Of a stretch of DNA of 64,000 nt, positions 10,367 to 18,773 are shown in pieces. Position 1 is the first letter of the stretch. Every line of letters begins with the position of its first letter. The position numbers were made by a program, and so were the translations under genes. Below the pieces are notes generated by a model that worked only from the letters and a program-made list of their open reading frames with translations, had not been told where the DNA came from and searched no databases. This DNA comes from Candidatus Marinacidobacterium sp. (GTDB lineage Bacteria > Acidobacteriota > Vicinamibacteria > Marinacidobacterales > Marinacidobacteraceae): assembly GCA_965204755.1 (NCBI GenBank), contig OZ242011.1, positions 3,104,001-3,168,000 on the forward strand, given 5' to 3'.

Positions 10367-11490
10367 AACCGGTCCCGACGGCGGCGGTCCGCCCGGAAGT
10401 CCTCGAGTTCCCGGCGGACGCGAACCGCCGCCCGGAGGCCCGGATCCACCTGGAGTGGAACGAGAGCCGCTGGCCGATCCCGGCGGAGGTCAGCCGGGCC
10501 CTGGCCGACGCGGTCGGCGCCGCCGACCCCCGTCCGTACCCGGACACCCTCTACCCCGGGCTGCGGCGGCGGTTGGCGGAAGTCAGCGACTGGGATCCGG
10601 ACGGGATCGTCTTCGGGAGCGGGGGCGACGAGATGCTGGCCCTCGCCGCCCTCGCGACGACCGGCTCGGGGGCGGCCGGGACTTACCCGTCGCCGGGTTT
10701 TTCGATGTATCCGTGGGCGCTGCGGGTCGCCGGGGCGCGCGCGCTGCCGTACCCGCTGGGCGCCGACCTCCGCTACGACCTGCCGGCGGTCTTCGCGCTC
10801 TTCGCCGCCGGGCAGCCGTCGCTGGCGTTCGTCACCGCGCCGCACAACCCCACCGGCGAGTTGCTGCCGGAGGCGGCGCTGCGGGAGTTGGCCGCCGCCG
10901 CTCCCGGCTTCCTGCTGGTGGACGAGGCCTACTTCGAGTTCTCCTCCGGGAACGCCCGCCCGCTGCTCGACGACTTCGGGAATGTGCTGATCCTCCGCAC
11001 CTTCTCGAAGGCGATGGCGATGGCGGGGGCGCGGCTCGGCTACCTGCTCGGTCGGCCGGAGGCGGTCTCGCTGCTGCGCCGCGCCCAGGCGCCGTTCCCG
11101 GTGGGGGTCTATACCTGCCGGGCGGCGCTGGCGGCGCTGGGCTTCCGGGAGGTCCTCCTCGACCTGACCCGCCGGATCGCCGCGGAGCGGGACTCGCTCG
11201 CCGAACGGCTCCGCGCCCTTCCCGGCGTCTCGGTCCCGCCCTCGGAGGCGAACTTCCTGCTGTTCCACACTCCCCTCCCGGCGACGGCGCTCTCCCGCCG
11301 GCTGCTCGCCCGCGGCGTCTCCGTCCGGGACTTCTCCGGCCACCCGCGCCTCCGCTTCGCGCTCCGGGCAACGGTGGGCCCGCCGGAGGAGAACGCGGTA
11401 TTCCTCGCCGCTCTCGAAGATTCGCTCCGCGCGGAACCCGCCGAGGAGGAGATCGCCGCCGCCGGCGGCTCCGTCTTCCCGGTGGCCTGA
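10363..11490 (+). CDS. hisC: Histidinol-phosphate aminotransferase
   Basis: PHNPTG, VDEAY, RTFSKAMAMAGARLG (PLP lysine), ANFL. GTGA overlap with hisD. Confidence 0.93.
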   Translation: MKPVPTAAVRPEVLEFPADANRRPEARIHLEWNESRWPIPAEVSRALADAVGAADPRPYPDTLYPGLRRRLAEVSDWDPDGIVFGSGGDEMLALAALATTGSGAAGTYPSPGFSMYPWALRVAGARALPYPLGADLRYDLPAVFALFAAGQPSLAFVTAPHNPTGELLPEAALRELAAAAPGFLLVDEAYFEFSSGNARPLLDDFGNVLILRTFSKAMAMAGARLGYLLGRPEAVSLLRRAQAPFPVGVYTCRAALAALGFREVLLDLTRRIAAERDSLAERLRALPGVSVPPSEANFLLFHTPLPATALSRRLLARGVSVRDFSGHPRLRFALRATVGPPEENAVFLAALEDSLRAEPAEEEIAAAGGSVFPVA

Positions 11491-11526
11491 CCGGCCGCCC
11501 CGGCGAACCACCCCGGCAACACCCCG

Positions 11527-12141
11527 ATGACCGACCGCCCTCCCCGCCGCGCCGCCTGCGAACGCGAGACCCGCGAGACCCGCGTCCGCGTCGCGATCGA
11601 CCTCGACCCGCCGCCCGACTCACCGAAGCCGCGGGCCGAAGTCTCCACCGGCCTCGGCTTCCTCGACCACATGCTCGACGCGTTCGCCCGCCACTCCGGG
11701 GTCGCGCTCACCGTCGAGGCGAAGGGGGACCTGGAAGTGGACCCCCACCACACCATGGAGGATGTGGGGCTCGCGCTCGGCGGGGCGATCGCCGACGCGC
11801 TCGGCGACCTCGCCGGGGTCCGAAGATTCGGCGCCGCGCATGTCCCGCTCGACGAGGCGCTCAGCCGGGTGGTGGTGGACCTCTGCGGCCGCCCGTTCCT
11901 CGCCTGGCGCGCCGCCTTCCCCGCCGAGCGGGTCGGGGAAGTGCCCACGGAACTCTTCGAGGACTTCTTCCGGGCGCTCACCGACCGGGCGCGGATCACC
12001 GCGCATGTGGATGTGTTGGCCGGCCGGAACACCCACCACATCGCCGAGACCGTCTTCAAGGCCTTCGCCCGCGCCTTCGCCGGGGCGAAGGAAGTCGTGG
12101 GCGTGGAGGTCCCGTCCACCAAGGGGACGCTGACGGCTTGA
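11527..12141 (+). CDS. hisB: Imidazoleglycerol-phosphate dehydratase
   Basis: RETRET, FLDHML, DPHHTMED, NTHHIAE, PSTKG. Confidence 0.96.
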   Translation: MTDRPPRRAACERETRETRVRVAIDLDPPPDSPKPRAEVSTGLGFLDHMLDAFARHSGVALTVEAKGDLEVDPHHTMEDVGLALGGAIADALGDLAGVRRFGAAHVPLDEALSRVVVDLCGRPFLAWRAAFPAERVGEVPTELFEDFFRALTDRARITAHVDVLAGRNTHHIAETVFKAFARAFAGAKEVVGVEVPSTKGTLTA

Positions 12142-12797
12142 CGGGGAGCGGGGGCGCGTCCGGCCCGCCGGCGCTGGTGGTGGACCACGGCGCCGGCAAC
12201 CTCGCCAGCATGGTGCGGGCGCTCCGGCGCGGCGGCCGGGCGGAACTGACCTCCGACCCGGCCCGGATCGCCGGGGCCGAGCGGCTGGTGCTGCCCGGCA
12301 ACGGGCACTTCGGGGAAGCCATGCGGGGGCTCCGGGAGCGCGGGCTGGAAGCGCCGCTCCTCCGGGCGGTGGAGGAAGGGGCGAGCCTGCTCGGGGTCTG
12401 CGTGGGTCTCCAGATGCTGTTCCCCGCGAGCGAGGAAGCGCCGGGCGTTCCCGGCCTCTCGCTCCTCCCCGGCGAGGTCCGCCGGTTCCGACCGGGGCGC
12501 CCGGTGCCCCACATCGGGTGGAACCGGCTGGAAGCGGTGCGCCCGGGGCCGGTGCTCGCCGGGCTGCCGGAGGGGGGGTACGCCTACTTCCTCCATGCCT
12601 ACTACGCGGCGCCGGAGGAGCCGGAGCACCGGCTCGCGGAGACGGAGTACGGCTGCCGGTTCGCCGCCGCCGCCGGGGCCGGGCGGGTGACCGGGATCCA
12701 GTTCCACCCGGAGAAGAGCGGCCGGCTGGGCGCCCGCGTGCTCGCCAACTTCCTCCGCCCGGCAGCCCTCCCGCCGGATTCGGCGACCCCGCGATGA
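12138..12797 (+). CDS. hisH: Imidazole glycerol phosphate synthase, glutaminase subunit
   Basis: C-terminal part of ORF 10455-12797: VDHGAGNLAS, LPGNGHF, GVCVGLQML, PHIGWN, QFHPEKS. TTG start overlaps the hisB stop (TTGA). Confidence 0.92.
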   Translation: MTGSGGASGPPALVVDHGAGNLASMVRALRRGGRAELTSDPARIAGAERLVLPGNGHFGEAMRGLRERGLEAPLLRAVEEGASLLGVCVGLQMLFPASEEAPGVPGLSLLPGEVRRFRPGRPVPHIGWNRLEAVRPGPVLAGLPEGGYAYFLHAYYAAPEEPEHRLAETEYGCRFAAAAGAGRVTGIQFHPEKSGRLGARVLANFLRPAALPPDSATPR

Positions 12798-13555
12798 CCG
12801 CTCCGGACGCCGTGCAGCCGATCCCGGCGGTGGACCTGCTCGGCGGCGAGGTCGTCCGGCTCTACCGGGGCGAGCGGGCGCGGGCGACGCGCTACGGCGA
12901 CCCGCTCGAAGCGGCGGAGCGCTTCGCGGCCGCCGGCGCCCGCCGGCTCCATGTGGTGGACCTCGACGGCGCCTTCGGCGGCAGCGGGAACCCGGAGGCG
13001 GTGCGGCGGCTGCTCGGCGTGTCCGGGTTGTCGGTGCAGGTCGCCGGCGGGGTGCGGACGCTCCCGGCCTTCGCCGCGCTCCGGGAGGCCGGGGCGGCGC
13101 GGGTGGTGTTCGGCACCGCCGCCCTCGAAACCCCGGAGGTGGTGGAGGAGGCGGCGCGGCGCGACCCGGCGGGAGTCGCGGTCGCCCTCGATGTGCGCGC
13201 CGGCCGGCTGCGCGGGCGCGGCTGGGTGGCCGGCGGGGAGACCGGCGGGGAAACCCCGGAGGACGCCGCCCGGCGCTGGGCGGACGCCGGGGTCGGGGCG
13301 CTGGTCCACACCCGCATCGAGCGCGACGGCACGATGGAGGGCCCGGACCTCGACGGCGCGCTCCGGGTGGCCGCCGCTTCCGGGATCCCCACGATCCTCG
13401 CCGGCGGGGTCGGGGAGACTGCCCACCTGGCGGCGGCGGCCGCCGCCCGCGGGCCTTCGGGCGCCCGGCTCTCCGGGGTGATCCTGGGCCGCGCGCTCTA
13501 CGAGGGCCGGTTCACCCTGGCCGAGGCCCGCGCCGCCCTGACGCTCCCCGGCTGA
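12794..13555 (+). CDS. hisA: ProFAR isomerase
   Basis: IPAVDL, LHVVDLDGA, QVAGGVR, RDGTMEG, GRALYEG. ATGA overlap with hisH. Confidence 0.94.
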   Translation: MTAPDAVQPIPAVDLLGGEVVRLYRGERARATRYGDPLEAAERFAAAGARRLHVVDLDGAFGGSGNPEAVRRLLGVSGLSVQVAGGVRTLPAFAALREAGAARVVFGTAALETPEVVEEAARRDPAGVAVALDVRAGRLRGRGWVAGGETGGETPEDAARRWADAGVGALVHTRIERDGTMEGPDLDGALRVAAASGIPTILAGGVGETAHLAAAAAARGPSGARLSGVILGRALYEGRFTLAEARAALTLPG

Positions 13556-13591
13556 CGGCTTCCGCTTGACGCCCGCGCCGGGGTGGCGCCG

Positions 13592-14278
13592 TCAGTCCGG
13601 GTCGGCGGGGAAGCGGCGGGCGAGTTCCCCGCCCACCCGGTCGGGCGCGACGCCCCGGCTCTTGAGCAGCACCAGCAGGTGGTAGAGCAGGTCCGCCGCC
13701 TCGCCGACGACTTCCTCCTCGGTCCCGGCGGCCGCGGCGAGCGCGGTCTCCACGCCTTCCTCGCCGACCTTCTGGGCGATGCGGGCGGCGCCCGCCGCGA
13801 GCAGCCGGGCGGTGTAGGAGTCCTCGGGCCGCTTCTCGGCGCGGTCGTCCACGAGGGCGGCCAGCCGGGTCAGCGCCGCCGCCAGCCCGGGCGCCGGTTC
13901 CACTTCCGCGCCGCCGTCCCCCCCGCCCTCGAACAGCGGCTCGAAGAAGCAGGACTCCTCGCCGGTGTGGCAGGTCGGGCCGGCCGGGTCGGCTTCGACC
14001 AGCAGCGCGTCCCGGTCGCAGTCCGTCCGGAGGGAGCGGAGGCGGAGGAAGTTCCCCGAGGTCTCGCCCTTCTTCCACAGCGCGCCGCGGCGGCGCGAGA
14101 AGAAGTGCACTTCGCCGGTCGCCAGCGTCCGCTCGAGCGCCTCGGCGTTCATCCACCCGAGCATGAGCACCCGCCCGGTGCGCCGGTGCTGCACCACCGC
14201 CGGAGCGAGCCCGGCCTCGTTCCAGCGGATCGCGCCGCCGGCGGGCGCGGGGCCGCCTCCCGCCCGGTCCCCGCTCAT
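13592..14278 (-). CDS. hisIE: Bifunctional phosphoribosyl-AMP cyclohydrolase / phosphoribosyl-ATP pyrophosphatase
   Basis: [49 protein letters not shown] 14278 overlaps the hisF stop. Confidence 0.94.
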   Translation of the reverse strand: MSGDRAGGGPAPAGGAIRWNEAGLAPAVVQHRRTGRVLMLGWMNAEALERTLATGEVHFFSRRRGALWKKGETSGNFLRLRSLRTDCDRDALLVEADPAGPTCHTGEESCFFEPLFEGGGDGGAEVEPAPGLAAALTRLAALVDDRAEKRPEDSYTARLLAAGAARIAQKVGEEGVETALAAAAGTEEEVVGEAADLLYHLLVLLKSRGVAPDRVGGELARRFPADPD

Positions 14279-15084
14279 CCGGCGGGGCCGAAGAAGTCGG
14301 CCTCCGGCGGGCGCACCGGAATCCCCCGCGCCCCGAGGAACCGCTTCGCCTCCGGGATCGCGTACATCCGGCGGTGGAAGATGGAGGCGGCGAGCGCGGC
14401 GCTCGCGCCGGTCCGCTCGAAGACCTCCGCCAGGTGGAGCAGGTTCCCGGCGCCGCCGGAAGCGATCACCGGGATGGACACCGCTCCGGCGGCCTCCCGC
14501 AACTGCTCCAGGTCGTAGCCGTCCTGCGTCCCGTCCCGATCCATGCTGGTGAGCAGGACTTCGCCGGCGCCGAGTTCCTCGCCCCGGCGGATCCACTCCA
14601 CGGCGTCCAGCCCGGTCGGCGTCCGCCCCCCGGCGACCACGACCTCGAACCCGCCGGCGCCGTCGTTTCCGTCACCGCCGCTCCGCCGCCGCGCGTCCAC
14701 CGCCAGCACCACGCACTGCGACCCGAACCGCCGGGCGCACTCTTCGAGCAGTCCCGGCCGGGCGACCGCCGCGCTGTTCATCGACACCTTGTCCGCCCCC
14801 GCCCGCAGCAGGCGGTCGAAGTCCGAAACCCGGCGGACGCCCCCGCCCACGGTGAGCGGGATGGTCAGCGCCTCCGCGACCCGCGACACCGTCCGGACCG
14901 CGGCGCCCCGCTCCTCCCAGGTCGCGGTGATGTCCAGCAGGCAGATCTCGTCCGCCTCGTCCCGGTCGTAGGCGGCGGCGCACTCCACCGGATCCCCCTC
15001 GTCGGTGAGGTCGAGGAACCGCACCCCCTTCACCACCCGCCCGTCCTTCACATCGAGACAGGGGATGATCCGCCGCGCCAGCAC
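14275..15084 (-). CDS. hisF: Imidazole glycerol phosphate synthase, cyclase subunit
   Basis: [44 protein letters not shown]. Confidence 0.96.
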   Translation of the reverse strand: MLARRIIPCLDVKDGRVVKGVRFLDLTDEGDPVECAAAYDRDEADEICLLDITATWEERGAAVRTVSRVAEALTIPLTVGGGVRRVSDFDRLLRAGADKVSMNSAAVARPGLLEECARRFGSQCVVLAVDARRRSGGDGNDGAGGFEVVVAGGRTPTGLDAVEWIRRGEELGAGEVLLTSMDRDGTQDGYDLEQLREAAGAVSIPVIASGGAGNLLHLAEVFERTGASAALAASIFHRRMYAIPEAKRFLGARGIPVRPPEADFFGPAG

Positions 15085-15125
15085 GGCGGCGATTATCGCG
15101 CCTCCTTCCCCCGCCTCCTCTCCGA

Positions 15126-15630
15126 GGAGCTATACACAATTCCGCCGAGCTATACACAATTCCCCGGAGCTATACACAATTCGCGCGGAGCTATACACAA
15201 TCCCCGGAGCTATACACAATTCGCTCGCACCTATACACAATTCGGACAATTCGGGCTCACCTATACACAATTCGGCCCGATTCGGCCCGGTTCGGCGCGA
15301 TTTCGGCCCGTCCGAGGCTTGCCCGCCGCTCCGGTCGTCCCGTCGCCCGCGGCCCCGGCGAACCCGCCCCATTCGGCCCCCTTCGGCTCCATTCGGCCCC
15401 ATGTCGTCCCTACGGCCCCCTTCGACCCCATCCCGTTGCCGGCGAACCCCCCGGGCGGAACCATCCGCCGCGCCCCCGGGCCGCCGGCCGCCCGGCTATA
15501 CACAATTCGCGCGCCGCCCGGCGCGGCGGGAGCCTCAGCTATACACAATTCCCCGGAGCTATACACAATTCCGGGCACCTATACACAATTCCCGGAGCTA
15601 TACACAATTCCTCGGAGCTATACACAATTC
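15126..15630 (+). repeat. Array of 13 direct repeats CTATACACAAT(T)C in two clusters with ~20-bp period, plus 10-bp-period TTCGGCCC repeats
   Basis: Cores start at 15130, 15150, 15170, 15191, 15210, 15231, 15261, 15496, 15539, 15559, 15579, 15598 and 15618. TTCGGCCC-like units lie at 15271-15310 and 15372-15429. Confidence 0.95.
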
Positions 15631-15675
15631 GCCGCCCGGTCGCGGCGCAGGGCGGGGAACCGCCGTCTGTCAAGA

Positions 15676-15718
15676 GACACCAACTTTTACGCAGTCGGGG
15701 GACACCGACTTTTACGCA
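15676..15718 (+). repeat. Two direct repeats GACACCRACTTTTACGCA (25-bp period)
   Basis: Copies at 15676-15693 and 15701-15718, differing by one base. Confidence 0.85.
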
Positions 15719-15765
15719 CCCGGCGCCGGCGGAGGGGGTCGGGCGCGCCCCGTAGAATCCCGCCC

Positions 15766-16587
15766 GTGCCCGAGCCGCTGCCGCTCCACCCCCGGGCGGC
15801 CGCGCCGACCGGCCCTCCGCCGGGCCCGGCGCAGGAACTCCGCGCCCGGAGGGACGGCGTCGCGGCCGCGCTCGGCGAAACCGCCTGGACCGAGGGGGTG
15901 CGGGCGCTGTTTCCCCTCGCGGCCTCCGCGACCATGGAACTCACCGGCGCCGCGGTGAGCGACGCGGACCGGGAAGCCGCGGCGGGCGCGTTCGTCCCGC
16001 CCGGCGTCCGGTCCGGCGTCCTGCCCGGTGTCTTGCCCGGCGTCCCGCCCGGCGTCCTGCCTGGCGTCTTGCCTGGCGTCTTGGGGCCCCCGATGGCGGC
16101 GCTCGCCCACCTCTCCGAGGCAGCCGCGCGGGACCGCAACCCGACCCGGCGACTCGCCGCCGAAGTCCACGCGCTCGCCACCTCCGCTCCGGCGCCCTCG
16201 CGGTTCCGGCTCGAGCAGATCGAGCCGCAGTTCGCCGGCGCCGGCCTCTCGCCGCCGCAGACCATCGCCGTCCGCCTCGACGACCTGCTGGAATGGATCG
16301 CCGGCGGGAGCGGGAGCGACCTCGAGACCGCGCCCCGCGCCGCGCTGTTCTTCGCCCGGTTCCTCGAGATCTCGCCGTTCCCGCGCGCCAACTTCCGGGC
16401 GGCGCACCTCCTCCTGACCTTCTTCGCGCTCGCCGACCGCCAGCCGCCGATCTGGTTCGAGGTCGCCGACGCGGCCGGGATTCGCCGCGATGTCTCCCGC
16501 GCCTTCCGCTTCGACACCGCGCCCCTGACCGAACGCATCGAGCGGGCGCTCCGGCGCTCGCTGGACGAAGTCGCCGGGCCTTCGTGA
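15766..16587 (+). CDS. Fic/Doc-like protein with degenerate active-site motif
   Basis: C-terminal part of ORF 14374-16587. LDDLLEWI...AALFFARFLEISPFPRANFRAAHLLL aligns with the Fic motif HPFxxGNGRxxR. TAGAAT lies 7 nt before the GTG. Confidence 0.7.
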   Translation: MPEPLPLHPRAAAPTGPPPGPAQELRARRDGVAAALGETAWTEGVRALFPLAASATMELTGAAVSDADREAAAGAFVPPGVRSGVLPGVLPGVPPGVLPGVLPGVLGPPMAALAHLSEAAARDRNPTRRLAAEVHALATSAPAPSRFRLEQIEPQFAGAGLSPPQTIAVRLDDLLEWIAGGSGSDLETAPRAALFFARFLEISPFPRANFRAAHLLLTFFALADRQPPIWFEVADAAGIRRDVSRAFRFDTAPLTERIERALRRSLDEVAGPS

Positions 16588-16603
16588 CGGAGGACGCCGC
16601 GCC

Positions 16604-16867
16604 GTGATCCGCCTCTTCCTCTCGGCGCTCCAGGCGCCGCCCCCGCCGGCGGTCGAATTCTTCACGCTGCCCGACCCGGAGCCGCCCCGCGGCATCCTGT
16701 TCCTGATCCTGGAGTCCTTCTTCATGATCGCGGTGATGTTGGCCGTCACCGCCGTGGTCGGCGTCGGCGTCGGGTTCCTCCGCCTCTGGCTGCTCCGTCG
16801 CTACCCGAACAACCCGTTCAACGGCAGCGGCCGGGACGCCCCGCGGATCGACCTGAGCCGCCGGTAG
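16604..16867 (+). CDS. Small membrane protein, hypothetical
   Basis: GGAGGA RBS before GTG, one long hydrophobic helix, host-like codon usage. Confidence 0.65.
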   Translation: MIRLFLSALQAPPPPAVEFFTLPDPEPPRGILFLILESFFMIAVMLAVTAVVGVGVGFLRLWLLRRYPNNPFNGSGRDAPRIDLSRR

Positions 16868-16877
16868 CCCGGCCGTA

Positions 16878-17100
16878 TCAGCCCGTGGAAAAAGCGCCCC
16901 GCCGTCCACTCCTCGACGCGAGGGCGCCAAGTCCGCGTTCGGTTTCGCGGCGGGGCGCTCTTCCCACGGGCCGGCGGCGCGAATCGCTGCGCGATTCCCC
17001 CCGCCATCTATCGCGGGGAGGGGGCCACCCCCTCCCCGCACCCCTCCCCGGTCGGCGCTTCGCGCCGACGGGGGCTCTCCGGACTTTCTCCACGGGCTGG
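16878..17100. mobile_element. MITE/REP-like non-autonomous element with terminal inverted repeats
   Basis: CAGCCCGTGGAAAAAG (16879-16894) and CTTTCTCCACGGGCTG (17084-17099) are a 15/16 inverted match. TA flanks both sides (16876-77, 17101-02). Several internal hairpins. Confidence 0.55.
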
Positions 17101-17148
17101 TAGGCCTGTCTGGCCTGTCGGCCTGTCGCGCTGTCGGCCTGTCGGCTC

Positions 17149-17565
17149 GTGGCGGCGCTCGCTCCCGGCCCCGGCGCCGTCCTCATCTACGACGGCGGCT
17201 GCGGCATCTGCTCGCGCCTCGCGCGCGCCGCCGCCCGCTTCGCCGGGGACCGCGGCGTCGGGGTTTCGGCCTTCCAGGAGATTCCCGCCGGGGCGTTGTC
17301 CGCGATGGGGCTGACCGCCGGCGACTGCGCGCGGCGGCTCCGCTTCCGGGCGGAATCCGGCCGGGTGTTCGGCGGCGCGTTCGCGGTGAACCGGTTCCTC
17401 CTGGCCGCCGCCCCGGCGAACTTCGGCGGGCGGCTGGTCCGGGCGGCGGTCGCCCTCTGCTACGCCCTGCCGCCGCTGCTGCTGCTCGAAGTCGGGGCCT
17501 ACGAACTGTTCGCCCGGAACCGCCGCCGGTTCGGTTCCCCGGCCTGCGGCCCACATGCGGATTGA
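17149..17565 (+). CDS. DCC1-like thiol-disulfide oxidoreductase family protein (DUF393)
   Basis: N-terminal LIYDGGCGIC (DxxCxxC) and C-terminal YELFARNR. Confidence 0.85.
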   Translation: MAALAPGPGAVLIYDGGCGICSRLARAAARFAGDRGVGVSAFQEIPAGALSAMGLTAGDCARRLRFRAESGRVFGGAFAVNRFLLAAAPANFGGRLVRAAVALCYALPPLLLLEVGAYELFARNRRRFGSPACGPHAD

Positions 17566-17768
17566 CCGGCGCGGATTGACCGACGGGGACTGACCGAGGG
17601 GGACTGACCGACAGGCACTGACCGACGGGGGCCGATCGAACCCGGCGGCGGTCGCTTCCCGGCGGCTGGTACGCTCGCCGGTTCGGTTCAGTCCGCCCGC
17701 CCGGGGCCCGACCCGCGGGAACACCCCGGCGCGGCGGCGCTTCTTCGCCGAGTCAGGAGCCTTCGTCC

Positions 17769-18680
17769 GTGTCCGGATCTTCGTTCTCGCCCTCTCCCTC
17801 CCCTTCGCGCCTCCTCCCGCTCGCCGCGGCCGCTCTCGCCGCCTCGGCCTGCGGGAGCGGCGCTCCCGCCTCCGGCGGCGGCGCCGCGGAACCGGAGATG
17901 GTTCCGGTGGCCGAGCAGCCCGCCGGCCGGTATGTCCGGTTCGCCTCGCCGGGGAACGAGGCCCGCTACGGGCGGATGGAAGGCGAAGAAGTCGTCGTCC
18001 TCCACGCCGCCCCCTGGGAGGGCGGGGCGCCCACCGGCGAGCGCGTCCCGGCCGCCGACGCCCGCCTCCTCGCCCCGGCCGAGCCGGGCAAGGTGATCGC
18101 CATCGGGTTGAACTACGCCTCGCACCTCGGCGGCCGCGAACCCGCGGAGTACCCCGGCGTCTTCGCCAAGTTGCCGACCAGCATCGTCGGCCCCGGCGAC
18201 GCCATCGAGAAGCGCGAGGACGCCGCGAACCTCCACTACGAAGGCGAGTTGGTGCTGGTGATCGGCAGAGAAGCGCGCGAGGTCCCGGTCGAGTCCGCCT
18301 CCGACTACCTCTTCGGCGTGACCGCCGGGAACGATGTGAGCGAACGCGACTGGCAGGGCGCCGACCTCCAGTGGTTCCGCGCCAAGGCCTCGGACACCTT
18401 CGGCCCCATCGGGCCGGTGATCTCCCGCGGCGTGGACTACGACGACCTCGAACTCACCACCCGGCTGAACGGCGAAGTCATGCAGCAGCAGCGCACTTCC
18501 GACCTCATCTTCGACACCTCGGACATCGTGTCCTATGTGAGCCGCTATGTGACGCTGATGCCGGGCGACCTCATCTTCACCGGAACCCCGGGCACGACCA
18601 CCGCGATGAACGACGGCGACGCGGTATCGGTCGAAGTCGAAACCGTCGGCGTTCTCGAGAACCCGATCCGCGCGCGCTGA
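17769..18680 (+). CDS. Fumarylacetoacetate hydrolase family protein, probable lipoprotein
   Basis: KVIAIGLNYASH, HYEGEL, NDVSERD, KASDTFGP, IFTGTP. N-terminal lipobox-like LAASAC. Confidence 0.9.
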   Translation: MSGSSFSPSPSPSRLLPLAAAALAASACGSGAPASGGGAAEPEMVPVAEQPAGRYVRFASPGNEARYGRMEGEEVVVLHAAPWEGGAPTGERVPAADARLLAPAEPGKVIAIGLNYASHLGGREPAEYPGVFAKLPTSIVGPGDAIEKREDAANLHYEGELVLVIGREAREVPVESASDYLFGVTAGNDVSERDWQGADLQWFRAKASDTFGPIGPVISRGVDYDDLELTTRLNGEVMQQQRTSDLIFDTSDIVSYVSRYVTLMPGDLIFTGTPGTTTAMNDGDAVSVEVETVGVLENPIRAR

Positions 18681-18773
18681 AGGCGCGTTTCGTCGGTTCC
18701 CCCGTCGGTTCCCCCGTCGAGCCGGGCGCGGCCTCGGCGCCGCGCCCGGAAAGGAAGGCCTGCGGGCCTTCGC

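Noticed and set aside
15126-15630. Repeat array as a CRISPR
   Set aside because: The repeat is 13 bp with 6-8 bp linkers, far below CRISPR dimensions, and no cas genes are present.
15126-15630. CsrB/RsmZ-like GGA sponge RNA
   Set aside because: GGA is absent from several units, and where present it would sit in a stem rather than a loop.
15668-15673. Perfect TTGACA on the minus strand beside the array
   Set aside because: No -10-like hexamer lies 16-18 bp downstream.
14374-15765. N-terminal extension of ORF 14374-16587 through the repeats (ELYTIP/SYTQF/AIHNS peptides)
   Set aside because: It overlaps hisF antisense. The ~20-bp period cycles through reading frames. A -10 element and GTG at 15766 explain the real gene.
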